Below are positions 1-52,087 of a stretch of DNA of 64,000 nt, in pieces. Below the pieces are notes generated by a model. That model did no database searches. It was not told the DNA's origin and was given only the letters and a program-made list of their open reading frames with translations. How positions within the stretch are numbered: position 1 is the stretch's first letter; each line of letters opens with the position of its first letter. The position numbers and the translations under genes were made by a program. The DNA comes from Balanoglossus misakiensis (taxonomy: Eukaryota; Animalia; Hemichordata): positions 248,001-312,000 of the forward strand of contig CM082593.2 of the NCBI GenBank assembly GCA_040954595.2. The letters are read 5' to 3'.

Positions 1-697
1 TGAATAATTTGGTTGTGACAGCGTGATATCGTACTTCAGGTATATGATAGTCTCTTGTACGTGAAGATATAAGTATTTCATTTCATATCTTGGGTTTAAT
101 TCGCTATTTTCACGTATTTTTCATTCACTAAAAAGTGGGGCCGTCATTATGAAATATTGATGTTTTGACATACTATATTAACCCCGCATTAGCCCTGTTT
201 GCTTACACCGATAGAACATTTCGTCCAAGTTAAGTGTTTGACTGAAACGGCGAGCAAATATTTGAACTGCCTCGTATTTTACTGAATATCGTATGAGGTG
301 AACGATGTTGCTGACAAGCTATGTGGCCTGTGCGAATGTTTACATGAGTTTGATGATCGAGAGACCTTTTTTTGACAGGCTATACAATGTGGTAACCTTG
401 GATCCACGCAGCGCACTGAGCTGAGATTTCATCAACCCAGGCGATGGAGACACACAATTTCGAGTTCAATTGTCGCAGTGAGTGACCAAGGTTCTGTCAT
501 ATAATTCAGAGGGAGACAGACAAAATAGATGCTACAAAAGAATATCAGTAAATTTATGTTGTTGCTTAGCAATGGGATGTGCGTTGAGAGACGGGAGCGT
601 ACTAAAAGACTGTGTATAGGGCTTCTAAACCGAGGCCCTTTCACTGTCGTTGATGGGAGACACTATAACCATCTTTACAGCTTAATATTGTACTCAC

Positions 698-821
698 CTT
701 TTGGAAATTTAAACTCAACAGTTGACCGGATGCTTGTTGAAATGTCACTGAACCATTCTCCTTGCTGTCTGGACGGGTCACGCCGAATAAAATCCAAAAC
801 AAAGCGATGAAATATCGGCAT
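698..821 (-). CDS. Possible first coding exon of an unidentified gene continuing off the left edge
   Basis: Open frame MPIFHRFVLDFIRRDPSRQQGEWFSDISTSIRSTVEFKFPK ends at a consensus donor AAG|GTGAGT (697). A CCAAT box (~927) and a DRE-like TATCGAT (~1024) lie upstream. No family recognised. Confidence 0.25.
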
Positions 822-3800
822 AGAAGTACGCGAGGTGCTGACGGTCGAACTCCCGTTTTCTAGTTCGTGTGTGAAAAGCGCCCACATACACTTCCAAACA
901 TATCTTGTATGAACGCGTAATATAAGCCAATCAACGCAAAGAACAAGACCCCTTGAGGGCCCATAATTATGAATAATATATAAGCACATAGATATTATGC
1001 GTCGCATGTATATACTGCGGTACTATCGATCACTTTTTTTATTTCATCTATTTATTAGATAATATAGCTATTGCGGCGTGGGAGTAAACTGGTTTCTAAT
1101 TTATCCCGACACGCAGTACAGAAGGCTGTCTTGTTCGGAATAGCCACTTCCAGGCATGCGAACAGCTGCTGGTGTTACGGACCTTTTGACCAGCAGAGTT
1201 CGTCGCCTGCACTTTGCACATAGCATATTAAATTTCCTCATAAATTTCGCAATTATCACAATTGTGTAGTTTCAAAACAAAGGAACGTTAATAGCATCTT
1301 TTCCAGGCCATATATAGTTGATATGTTGTACGAGCTGCTCTATCAAGAACATTAGAGCTAAAGTTTACCCGTTTACGTTCGTGTAGGCCTACTCTTTGAA
1401 GAAAAAAATATCTTGGGACATGTTTAATTATTTCCATCCAATGTCTAGGAACAAGCCTGTATTCAGACTTTATAAACCCAAGCCCGGCTTATTTCAGAAA
1501 AGCGTTTTTCCCCAGTATGTTCCAGTAAAGTTTCCATCTTAGTTTTTTTTGTAAAGTTTCCTTCATATTTTTGTGAGCTTGGTATATACCTCGGAATAGT
1601 AACCTTTATCCAAAATTGACACGCGCAGGTATCGATCGTTTAAAAAAGGTTCTGGTGTAGTTAGTTTTACATCATAGCATTAATCTTCGGAACTTGTGGA
1701 GAAATTACCCAAGCAACAATTGGCAACTTCGAATGGACGAGTGGGTACGTCTATGATTTCACTGTACGAATTTGAAATAAGGTTATTTGTTGATTTTTCC
1801 CGACATGGTAGAAATTTGTTTCATAAAATGATGGATTTAGCCAATATTTCCATTTTATCATACTTAATATCATCGAATCATTTAGAAATATACGTACGTG
1901 TTTGCAGTATATGGTCTTTCTGATTCTGGAAAATATTTTTCCCACTGGCAGCGAGGAATCCAAAAATTCGCATTCAGTTACTACAAATTGAAAACTATCT
2001 CAGGCAGTTTCATGAAGCAATCACAGTGCAACCAACAGAAATCCTACCGGTATTTGCCACCCCTCCCCATCACGCCCCAGCCCAATACTGGATGATCCCA
2101 GACCTCTCACGCACAAGCAAGAGCGTCTCGCTCGAACCAACGAGACCGCCCCGAGCGACGGATATCCCAGTCTTAGATCGATATCAAATACCAGTTGCTT
2201 CTGAAATGTAACGTAGATTCTATATAGAAAGTTCTCCACATCGTCACTCGATTATAGTTGCAATACATCTCTAAAACACCCTGAAAATATATTTGATAGA
2301 CGAAAATATCGATGGGTGAAAAAAGACCAGCGTGAAAAAAGACTGACAAATCAAGAATTGAAGGAACTGAAATCGCCAGTGGGGTAAATGCCCAAATCTT
2401 TAGTGAACAAGTCACTGATTTAGAACGTAGGCGTAAAGGTTTTTTGGTTTCTCAGTTTGTCATAAAAGGTTTTATGCCTTTTTCTAATTATTGATGTTAC
2501 ACAACTTCATTTAGTCATGACATTATTAATTTGACCTTGGCCCAATTTGCGTTTGAATCTTACCTTTACAAGAAAGGTGGGCGTATGTCTCTAAGAACTG
2601 ACACTTGACAGATGAAAGTGTTTGGAGAATGACATCAGTAAATTGTCAAACAAAACAGAAATGTACCTAGTAATGTCAAACGACAGCAATGTGTCCACTG
2701 TGACTCAGTTAACAAAAATATGATTCATTTTTAATAATTTATTGTCAGGGGCTTTAATCATGATTGTTTCCAACTGAGATTTCGCTTTTACTTTTATATC
2801 ACAGCTTGAGACAAATGTCACACTTTGTAGGTTGCATTATTCACAATGTGAACTGAACTATGACAATCTCAAGAAGACACAAAATATCTTGCATATTAAA
2901 GAATGTATATAATTTATTTCAATAAACAATATGTGTACAAGGCAGATGACAGCACTGATATTTTCTATGAAGATTAAACACTACAAAAAAGCTCTGAATT
3001 TCTTACTGAGCATCTAAAAAGAGTCAAGAATGTTATTTTCAAGAATACCATATTACAAAATATGTAAATAATCCACAGCAGAAAGATTATGCATAAATGT
3101 GTGTATTGGTTGAATGATGATTCTCAAAGTTGAATCATTCAGTTCCATGCAGGGATTACTTGAACAATCATCACCAACTATGACATTCACAGTACATGCC
3201 AGGTGCGTTTCAGTTTTGTCAACCAATCAATTTTAACCTCATCTGGTTTTACGCTGATCAGAGGTAAGTTCATACCATTTCATGGTGTCTTTAGAAAATA
3301 CCAAGTACTACAATCTCTGTCTTCCTTATGATTTGCAAATCCTATCAGTGAATTTCATTAAACTGATGAATAAAAAAAATGTACCTGACTGAAATTGAAT
3401 GATTTGTTTAACGGCATTGCTTGGAGATTTGCATAAATTATAACATTAACTATAAGGGTGTGTGGTATAATATATGTACCTTTCTGGAGAACATGTGTGG
3501 CTTAGTCAATTACAGATCCAGCACTGCAAACTCAAATGTTTTGCTGGGGTTGAGAAATTGAATTAACCTTGTTACCACTATAGATAATATAGACCAATCC
3601 CCCATGTTTCCTATGATCAAGCTGGTTCTGTCCATTAGGAAAATAGGGGTTACAGGGTCTAATGAGTGTAACCATAAATGATTAAATACTTGAATGAATG
3701 TAAAATTAAATTCTGTTATCTAGGGGTAGACACATCAATCCTCAATGATTTTGTAATACAGAATATGAATTCTTTAAGTGCAGCCACAAACACAGACAGA

Positions 3801-4949
3801 CACATATGTACCAGGTAGGGATGTTTTAATTTAGGCAAACTAAACTCCAGTATTTATGAAAAGGTAATCCTGACCATGTGACACCGTCCAACTTAGTTTA
3901 AGTGTCCCAGGTGTGTTCTTATAACATGCAAATGATAATAAACCATTTTTTCCATATTATTTTTACAATTCCTGTGGCAGTTTACAGATCTTTTCATTAT
4001 TGGTCTTAGGTCACCAAACTGAACAAACAAACAACAACAAAAAAACTAACAAAAATGAAAATTTACAAAATTCACTTCACACTCTATGTTGAGAGCGATC
4101 CAATGGCAGCTGTATCAACATTAAAATTGACTCTTGAGAAGAGTAAAACCAAAATATACAAGCCAGTGTTGTCAGTTCAAATGGTGAAGATTTGCAAGGA
4201 GACCTACATGTGAGTGAATTTAAAGACTTGAAATTGGAGCATCTGAACAAATGCAGAGAACAAGTGTAAGAAAATATAGGAAACTACAGAATTAGCATCA
4301 AAACAGCTCTGCTGCTATACATTGTCATCAAAGTCCAAACTTGAAGTACACATAAAATAGGTTTCGAGAAAACGCTGTCTTCACAAAAATACATAACACA
4401 ATAGTTCCACATACACAAATCTACAAGAATTAAAAATTTGTTGTCTTTAACAGAAATAATACTACAGACGCACTGAGAAAAAATGCCAGTATTTGTTTAT
4501 AAACATGACAGTTACAAGACATTATATACAGCAATAAGGCTAGATTAGGTCATCAAACCACACGCACATTAGAATATTCTGCAAATTTTATCTACAGGTT
4601 CTGAGAAAAGGCAGAATACTCTTTGAAATGGTGTTTTTATATATCTTTTTAAATTTGTTTTTGATGCTGATGGTGCAACTACTTTTAATCTGCAAGTAGC
4701 TCTTCTTATACAGCTTTATTTTCTGCTATTTTCAAGAAAAAATCTGATTTGTCCAAAAATAAAACAAACAAAAAAGGAAAATGTACATCACATAAAACTT
4801 AACACATTTTGGTAGAGTCAAGAGATATCTACTCATTAAATCAACTGTTTCAGTTCATTCTTTATGAAAAAGCCAAATAAATAAGATTTAGAACAGTTCC
4901 ATAATAACTATTATTAGAATAATCCTTTGCACTATGTTTTCTTTTTTTT

Positions 4950-29704
<24,755 letters not shown>

Positions 29705-30369
29705 TATGCCTATGTGTGTATACAGGTTTCCATACTTAACAGTTTGGCTCCAAAACCAATGGGGTAATCAATTTCTGATCATGAAGCTTATATCAGGTTT
29801 TCGAAACACGGCAGACTAAAATAGATTAATCCTTCCCCTCTCCTCCCTTCCGTTTAACTCCGAGCTGTCAACCTGTGGTAAAAATAATGCGATGATAAAA
29901 ATAAAGTTACCAACAAGTTTTCATGTCTTTGTCCAACCTGAACTTGAAGGGCTTCTTTTGTGTGTGAGTCACTCGCAACATACTATCCAAGTGTGTACGA
30001 ACCTGCGCGTGACTCATCCTATCAACTCGCCACTGCACTGGAACTTTACAACAGTCGTTTTTTCATCATAAAAACGACTTTAAACAAATATCTACATATT
30101 TAACATAGACACTAGATTAATGAAAATTACTAACTTGTATGCTGCAAAGTATTTTGTGAGATGATGACCCCGGACAAAGCCCACAAAAACCCACAACTCA
30201 CTTCCAGCTTTGTTTACACTCGCTTCGGATGTAGCTTTCGTTAGACAAACGTAAACATAAGTGATCAAAAGCACAGCGAAACTCGATATTATATCGCATC
30301 ACCGCATACAATTATAAATAAGCAATTATAATACATAATATTGTAATGATTTTCATTAATTTGAACTAC

Positions 30370-31460
30370 CTACTTCAGTTTGGTTCTGGTATTTAGAGGT
30401 CAAATTCAAATCAAGAAACAACATGGCGCAGTCCTGTTACATTTCAAACAACCAAAGGTCACGCACCGGGCGATTTTTCCAGTAAAAGTGGACTCTGAGT
30501 TATCGTTACTCACCATGTGATATCCAATATTCTTTGCTCATGATCTTCGTTCTGCAAATAGCTCAAATATATAACCCTTGTCTGATGGGGAAGAGGCAAA
30601 TCCTAGCAGCTCAGATTGCAAAACAAAGCTGCGTTTCTACTACAGAGGTTCAACGGTCCGCGACCCACTAACAAAAAGCACCCCCGACTGGCCCCAGTCC
30701 TCCTCTACTGCTACAAAATAACGTCTAAAAAACTTCACAAATTCTTGAAGGTCCTATTATAAGTTCTTCTGGTAATATTGGACTCACGTAGCTCAAAATG
30801 TTGATGAATATATAATTTCTTCTGACTACTCAACAAAAGATTCAATAGTGACTCGCCAAACAGTTTAGCTCAAACGTCACCTTTGAGGGCCTCTAGCTTA
30901 GGAGAATTTAGAGTCTGATCCTGTAATGAAACGTGCTTCGTCCTAAAATTACTAAAGTTATATTACCCAGTGAAATAGTTACCACCAAAAACGTTCTGTA
31001 TACTTTCTAACTTGTCGGTTATTTAGAGAAAGGTGCTTGGTTTGCCAAATACCCCGAAAACATATTAGAATTTCAAGTAATGTGGCAGATTTTTCCCAGA
31101 GAAAAAAATACTACCTAAGAGATGTAATCTTGACGTCGATTGGTCAAGGTATACGTAACAAAACTTTTGATTGGCTACTTTGAAGTCATATACGCCTTAA
31201 GAGGGATTTAATTATTCTTGTCTGGGTCTTCATTCTTTGTCTAATTGCGTTCTGTTTTCTATTGAACACTTTTACGGGAGCATGCACACAAAAGTAGACT
31301 GCGTCTGATGTATCTGAATGGGATGTATGTACTCAATGGTGTTAAAAAAGAAGGATTGAATCTGTTTACGCATTGAAAGGGGCCAAGCTTTAGGTTGCGC
31401 CATTAAAATTAGGGGCGGAAGTTCGACGACCCCGACACAATTGCTGCCTAGTGATGGCGC
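30370..31460 (-). promoter_or_regulatory. KAT6 promoter and non-coding first exon(s)
   Basis: The exon-2 acceptor at 29873 needs an upstream donor. Candidates are GTAGGT (~30373), GTGAGT (~30513) and GTGAGT (~30788). Motifs include YY1-like AACATGGCG (30420), ATTGG boxes (~31140, ~31170) and a GC box GGGGCGG (~31412). CpG is locally more frequent. Confidence 0.6.
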
Positions 31461-31760
31461 TCTTACTGTGTTTTAAGACATTTCCCATGGGTGATATTAT
31501 TAAAAAATAAAAACAAAAACAGCTTGAGTAGATTCATTGAAATCATTTTAATTCCAAAACACCAATTTCCCCTGATCATAAAGGTATTACACATGATTTT
31601 GTATTCCAAACGTCACAAAATAGAAACATTCCCTTGTTGTATGACATGATAGTGGCAAATGCTAGTTAGAAAAGATCAAATTGTCTACAATATGTCACCT
31701 GATATGCAACAAAGGAAAATTCCTGGTTGTGACATTCAAGTGATGATTTGTAAATTTCAT

Positions 31761-36028
<4,268 letters not shown>

Positions 36029-36768
36029 CTTGGAGAAAAGGATTACAGTGACTGACAGAGGGCGCCATTCACATGCTGCAACATACACATGATACACGTG
36101 CACCATGAATAAATAGTGGACTCTTGATGTGGTATCTACTTTTCAAAGAGAACTTCTTCATTTTATTTGAATCAGACCAGAATCACCCAATGCTTCACAT
36201 CATATAATGCAAGAATTTACACAAAGTTTACCACACATATCCAACCATAATTTTTCAATAGAGTTTATTACAAAACAAGGCAGTTATTTACTGAGACCCA
36301 AAACTCAATCTGAGTAAAATCAGGTTTACGCAATTACAGTTTACACTAAATTTTATTCAGATGGTTTAGATAAAAAATCATAATTTCTAGTTTTAGTGGA
36401 AGACTTGAAATTATGGACTGGCATTACATCTTCCAGAAATCCAAAGCAAAAATATCAAAACACAAAATTCTGGGCTAATTTACATCTTGCACTCAACAAC
36501 TTATTAGTGCACAGATGGGTGGCAAACAAAAAACAGGTTGGTGGGCCCATCTAAAACCCCTCTAGGAGAAACACTGAATATAATGCAGGATGGACATCAA
36601 AATATCTTTCAAGATACATCGTTTGAAATAGTGGAACAGCTGTAGTGAGATTCGAATGTTTGTAGAGCACTGCATTGAGATACAGCCAGAATGGGAGAAT
36701 TTGCTCCATTTCCTGAATCCTGGCTGTCTAAATGTCAGAAGTCCTACTGCACTGCACTGCAGCCTGCT

Positions 36769-39700
36769 TTAAAAATAGACAGCTGCAGCAGTTGCAGCAT
36801 CAATGTAGTCTTGTTCATGATCCACATGGTAGAGAATATCGGCAAGTGTGTGTTCCACCATAGCTTGTGTTGCTGTTGTTTGCATCGGTTGATACGCTGT
36901 TGTGTCTTTGGGTGGGTACTTGAAGTCTGGACCAAAGTTGACAGACACCTATCAGTCAAGATAAATAAGGATGACCATACAGGATCAGGTTGCAAAACAC
37001 AGATAACATTCAATGAAGTGGGGCAGCGTTTTATCAGCAGACATACGACTTTGGATTTAAGTTTCATTCATACTCCATCTCTTGTTCTTAGGGACTGGGT
37101 ATTATGATGATTACTTACTAGAAAATGATTGGCTTTTCTCAGGTGTTTTGTGGGCGTGTCAGACTAAGTGACTAATGTAGTTTGTATCACATTTGATGGT
37201 ATTGATGAATATCAGTGTACATACCGTTGCATTCTTGTAGAGTGATAGGGCAGGATAGTACATTCCTTCGTAGACACCATTAAATGCTACTCCCTGGCTT
37301 ACACCATTCTTATAAAATACGATCTGTAAGGAAATTGTGAGGTAAAGTATGGGTGGGGAGTTTTCAAAATCTTCAAAAACACAAATTCACTTGTGCATAC
37401 AAACACACGCCAAAGACAGCACATACAGACACTTACTATTTATCCATTTGGTTTCCAACAACAATTCATTGATAAATGACATCTGAAAACTAAAAAGAAA
37501 CTCACCTTGCTGCTCTCGGCCATTTCCTGCAAACCCTTTTCAGTTTCCTGGACAAAATCTTTCACTTCAAAATATAAATGACTCTTAAACTTAATCAACG
37601 CCTGTAAATTAGGAAAGAAATCACAGATTATTCTGAATGAACAGAATTACTGCTCTTTACGTGGAACTGAGAATGACTTCTTAGAGACGTACAAGTACTG
37701 TCATATCTGGTTGCAATATTCATCAGCCAATTGTGAGAATACACTCTACACTAAACAGGAAACCATACCTTATCTTTGCAGGTAGCTGGCAGTAACTTGA
37801 CTGGATCCTGAGTTTCTGGCAGAAAAATCATGAACCCAAGTGTATCACCCTGGCTGTATTCCTCAGCGTAACGGACTCCGCGACTCTGATGGAATTTGGT
37901 TCCTTTCATACTTCGCCATGAATAGCCAAATTTATCATAGCCTAGGGGAGCCTGAAGATTACCTGGCAAAACATAATTATTCACAATTTATTTTTCTCAT
38001 CTTTTGTTCAGTTTTGGGGCTGCTTGAAAATAAGGAATTACTGTGGTATCACTATTATAAGTATGTAGTGTTGAACTGTTCTAATGAGCAAAAGAAGAAG
38101 TTCATACCTAGACTTTGAGCCCATCCCAAACGTACTGCTGTTTCGGGTGGCATTTCTTCTATGGTAGCTTCCCAATACCAAACACCTCTGGATACACCAT
38201 GTGTTGCTCTGACCATGCAGTATCCCTTGTCACCAGTCACTGCAAGACGGTCTTCTGATATCTTCAGTTGTGGAGCTGTAATATCAAGACAAGAAATCTG
38301 GTTTATTGGGGGTTTGTTTATTTCTATGAACACAAAAGAATTGCTTGTGGGTTTCTTTATTGCTATAAGAAAGTGCTTGCAGAAATTATCACCTCTGTCA
38401 TGCAGCGCTAGAAGAACTTCTGATGAAAGGGCTGTTCTATACAGATGTGCAGGGATTGGTTTGCCAGCCCATTGGTCCAAATCAAAGGCAGCACTAGGTG
38501 CATGGGGATCAGTCTCTGTCAAAATATATCTGTATCCATCTTTATTGTACGGATGTTCTAATGGGTAGCCATGGGATGGTAGCCTTTGTGATGAACTTAA
38601 ATCCCTGTAAAAATGAGTCAATGAAACAAAATATCAGATGAAGTTATCACCTAATAAAACAAAGGCATTTTCATTAACCCTTCGCGCTCTGACAATTGAT
38701 GACAAATGACCTATGACATCATTCAGAAGATTCTTCTGAGACAGGTGGGCAAAGAGTTCAGAAGCAAAAACAGCTGCAATTTTTAAATTTTAGATCACAA
38801 AACATACACTTGAGTAATCAATACATTACCCTCTCGTTTTCTTTGACACAGCACCCGATGTATTGCTGTCTAAGGCTTTTCTTTTTGCACCTCGACTTTT
38901 GCTGATTGACGACGATAAACTACCTGCAAAATAAACAAATAAAAAACATTGATGATGTTGGTGTTCATGTTATAATATGTCAGTCAAACATCAAAATCAC
39001 AAAAACAACCAATCACTAACCGTTAGATGACACAGACGGTAATTTCTGACCATTTTCAATTCCTTTCATACTGGATAACTTGACATTTGGTTCATAGTTT
39101 GGTACTATGTTGACTAGGTTCTGAAAAGAATCATTGGAACATCTTAGCAAACCATATCAACAACTGTATTGCAATGTTGTTTGAATGTATATACTAGGCA
39201 GTCAATAAATTAATTCTAAAAGTTATTCTCACCTGATCTACCAGACCAAACAGTGGATAGTCACTCTCATCAGCAACATCTATTGGTCTTTCCTTGCAGA
39301 CAAAAACATCACTGTCTTTTATCTGAAAGAAAAACAACCTTCTTTTACACCTTTGTTCATTCCATTAGTCTTATTTTGTGAAATGTCTTTACCTTACACC
39401 ATTTGAATATATTTTGTTCCCTTACACTCTTACTTCGGTCAAACACTTATTCTGTTTAACACTTTTACAAACCAAAATTAAACGTATCAGTTCACACTTA
39501 TCATACCATTGTCTTGACCATTGTGATATGCCATGTCTGTCTAACTCTCCGTGGCATTGTAGTTAAGATTTCCCAGTTTTTCTCCAGGAATGGAATGATT
39601 TCTTTGTCTTTGGAAAACAGTATCTGTGGAGGATTATCATTTCTATGCTGAACCATCAGATTTGCAATGGCTGTCTGGCACATCTGACTGAAACCTATGT

Positions 39701-41293
39701 GGCAAGATCAAACAGGAAAAATGATACCATTTTGCAGAAAACCAGGCCTACATTGACATTGTTGAGACAAACATTAGAAATCATTATATGCATACATTTT
39801 TGTAATTTAGGACTTACTAGCTTGCTTCTTGGAAAAGATTTCAGCTCTACTAACACTGCAAAATCTACAGTAGAATACATAGTTGGTCATGAATGGCACA
39901 CACTTTCTGTAAGGAAATAAAGATAAAAAATATGATTAGAAAGATTTTGAAGATCAATTCTGAATCAAATACATCTGCATCTTTTTACAGTATTAGTGTA
40001 GAAGATAATGAGCCAACAGCAACTATCTGAACAATACAATACAGTCAGAATGACTGTGGGATCCTTTCTAGTATGTGTCCATAATTCCCATTGTAAGGCA
40101 CTGGACAAAGCACTGCATGTTGCTATTGTAATTAGCAATTTAGACAAGCACCTACCCCAAATCACACTCCAGTTTACTTTCAGGAAACCATTTTAAGCAA
40201 TGTGCACACTGGACTTCAATACCTTCTAAAGTGTGTTCATAACTCCTGCAAAATGAATGAAAAATTTTAAATACAAACATTCATGATTAGTCATGCTGTG
40301 GAACATCAGACCAACTGTCCTGTTTGTAAATAAAGAAGATTCAAAATGAAGAAAAACACCGACAATAGTACATACCCATAATTCGCATCCTGTGTGTTCA
40401 GCAACTTCTTCTGTAATTCTTCAAAGTTACTTGAAGTGATAGTCTCTGACGCTGCGGCACTGGTCAGTGAGGATGTGGATGATGATGTTGATAATGACAG
40501 CACTGCTGGTGCAGATGCTGAGTGTACCATAGAAGCTGATGACGTCACAGCCACTGATGATGATGATACCGCTGCGGTTTCTTCTTTTTCATCAGTAGGT
40601 TTCTCTGTTGCCTCTGTTGCCGTATCTGTTATGTCTGGTTTGCTTGAAGTGACATCTTCTGATGGAGTGACCTGTGATGTGCTTGATACATCCTCTACAG
40701 GTGCCGAGGGTGACGACACTGCAGTGGTACTGGTAGGGACTGTATCTGATGTGGTTACCTCAGCACTGCTACTTGCTGCTGGTTCACTTGAAGACGCTGG
40801 CTCATCCACGTCCATCTTTTCAACTTTGTCATCTTCTTTCTCACTGGTGCTCTCAGCTGGGAGCTCACTTGAAATCAATCAAAAGGTTGAGAATGTGAAG
40901 GCAGTTCTACTCAAATGTGTGTGATGACTGCTTTTTGCAGACTTTTGTCATTACTCACACATTTGTGCCTGTGAACAATGCATTATCATTGGTCACTGCA
41001 GATGCTTTGGTTCAGAAACACCAGGCCACAGTCCTTCAATCACATGTGATAGAGCTGAGGAACTGCGACCTGCTGTACATTACAACATACACATGTACAA
41101 CACTGCATGGCACTGTTTGTAAACAAACGGTCCCGAGCAAGCGTTTAGCAAAACCGACCGGTTTTCACAAACGTCTAGCTACAGTAAAGGTTTTGCTATT
41201 AAAGCGTCAAAAACACGACGTTCACCCTTTATTTTAACGCAATTCCAATCTTTTCGGTCAATTTCAAACCTACCTCGCTTTGTCTTCCGCCAT
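36769..41293 (-). CDS. ASH2L: Set1/MLL (COMPASS) core subunit ASH2L
   Basis: First exon 41274-41293 (MAEDKA), then a Ser/Thr-rich exon and an atypical PHD ([10 protein letters not shown]...[12 protein letters not shown]). Winged helix MCQTAIANL...TWH. Also [22 protein letters not shown] ([35 protein letters not shown]) and the DPY30-binding [12 protein letters not shown]. Stop 36769-36771. Confidence 0.96.
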
Positions 41294-41706
41294 CACAGCA
41301 AAGTATTATCGCGAGACTATGGTGTTCTCGCGGTTTACGTGGCCCAGTTTCAATCCTGATTTCTACAGATTTTAATAACAAACTACGCCAATTTAGCTTT
41401 CAGTTCTGCTGGTCTATCAACTGAAATAAGAAAACATCCATCTGTGCATATATGCTTCTTGGAAACACACATTGTTTTTCAGAAACTGCATATTTCATAA
41501 ATATGTTGCAGTGATCTCATCGAAAACAAGGAATTGTGGGACATTTCCGCCATCTTACACATCGTACGGCCCCCTTCGTGATTCATTCTCATATTTCATG
41601 CAGAATCGGCTCGTCCCGTCAGCGGTACAGACTTGTAATGAAGAAATTTTGAAAGTTATATTTCTGATATCATTTTAAAAGTTTCCATCGATTAATCGGT
41701 TTAGCC
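41294..41706. promoter_or_regulatory. Bidirectional promoter ASH2L/AAK1
   Basis: Only 413 bp between divergent ATGs. CGCG-element-like TATCGCGAGA (~41307) and TCTCGCG (~41326), plus CCGCCATCTT (~41548). Confidence 0.75.

Positions 41707-52087
<10,381 letters not shown>

Noticed and set aside
38672-38762. TTAACCC...AGAGTTCA with internal TGATGA...CTGA in an ASH2L intron
   Set aside because: The boxes are antisense to the host and too close together, and the inverted ends are too degenerate to call a MITE.
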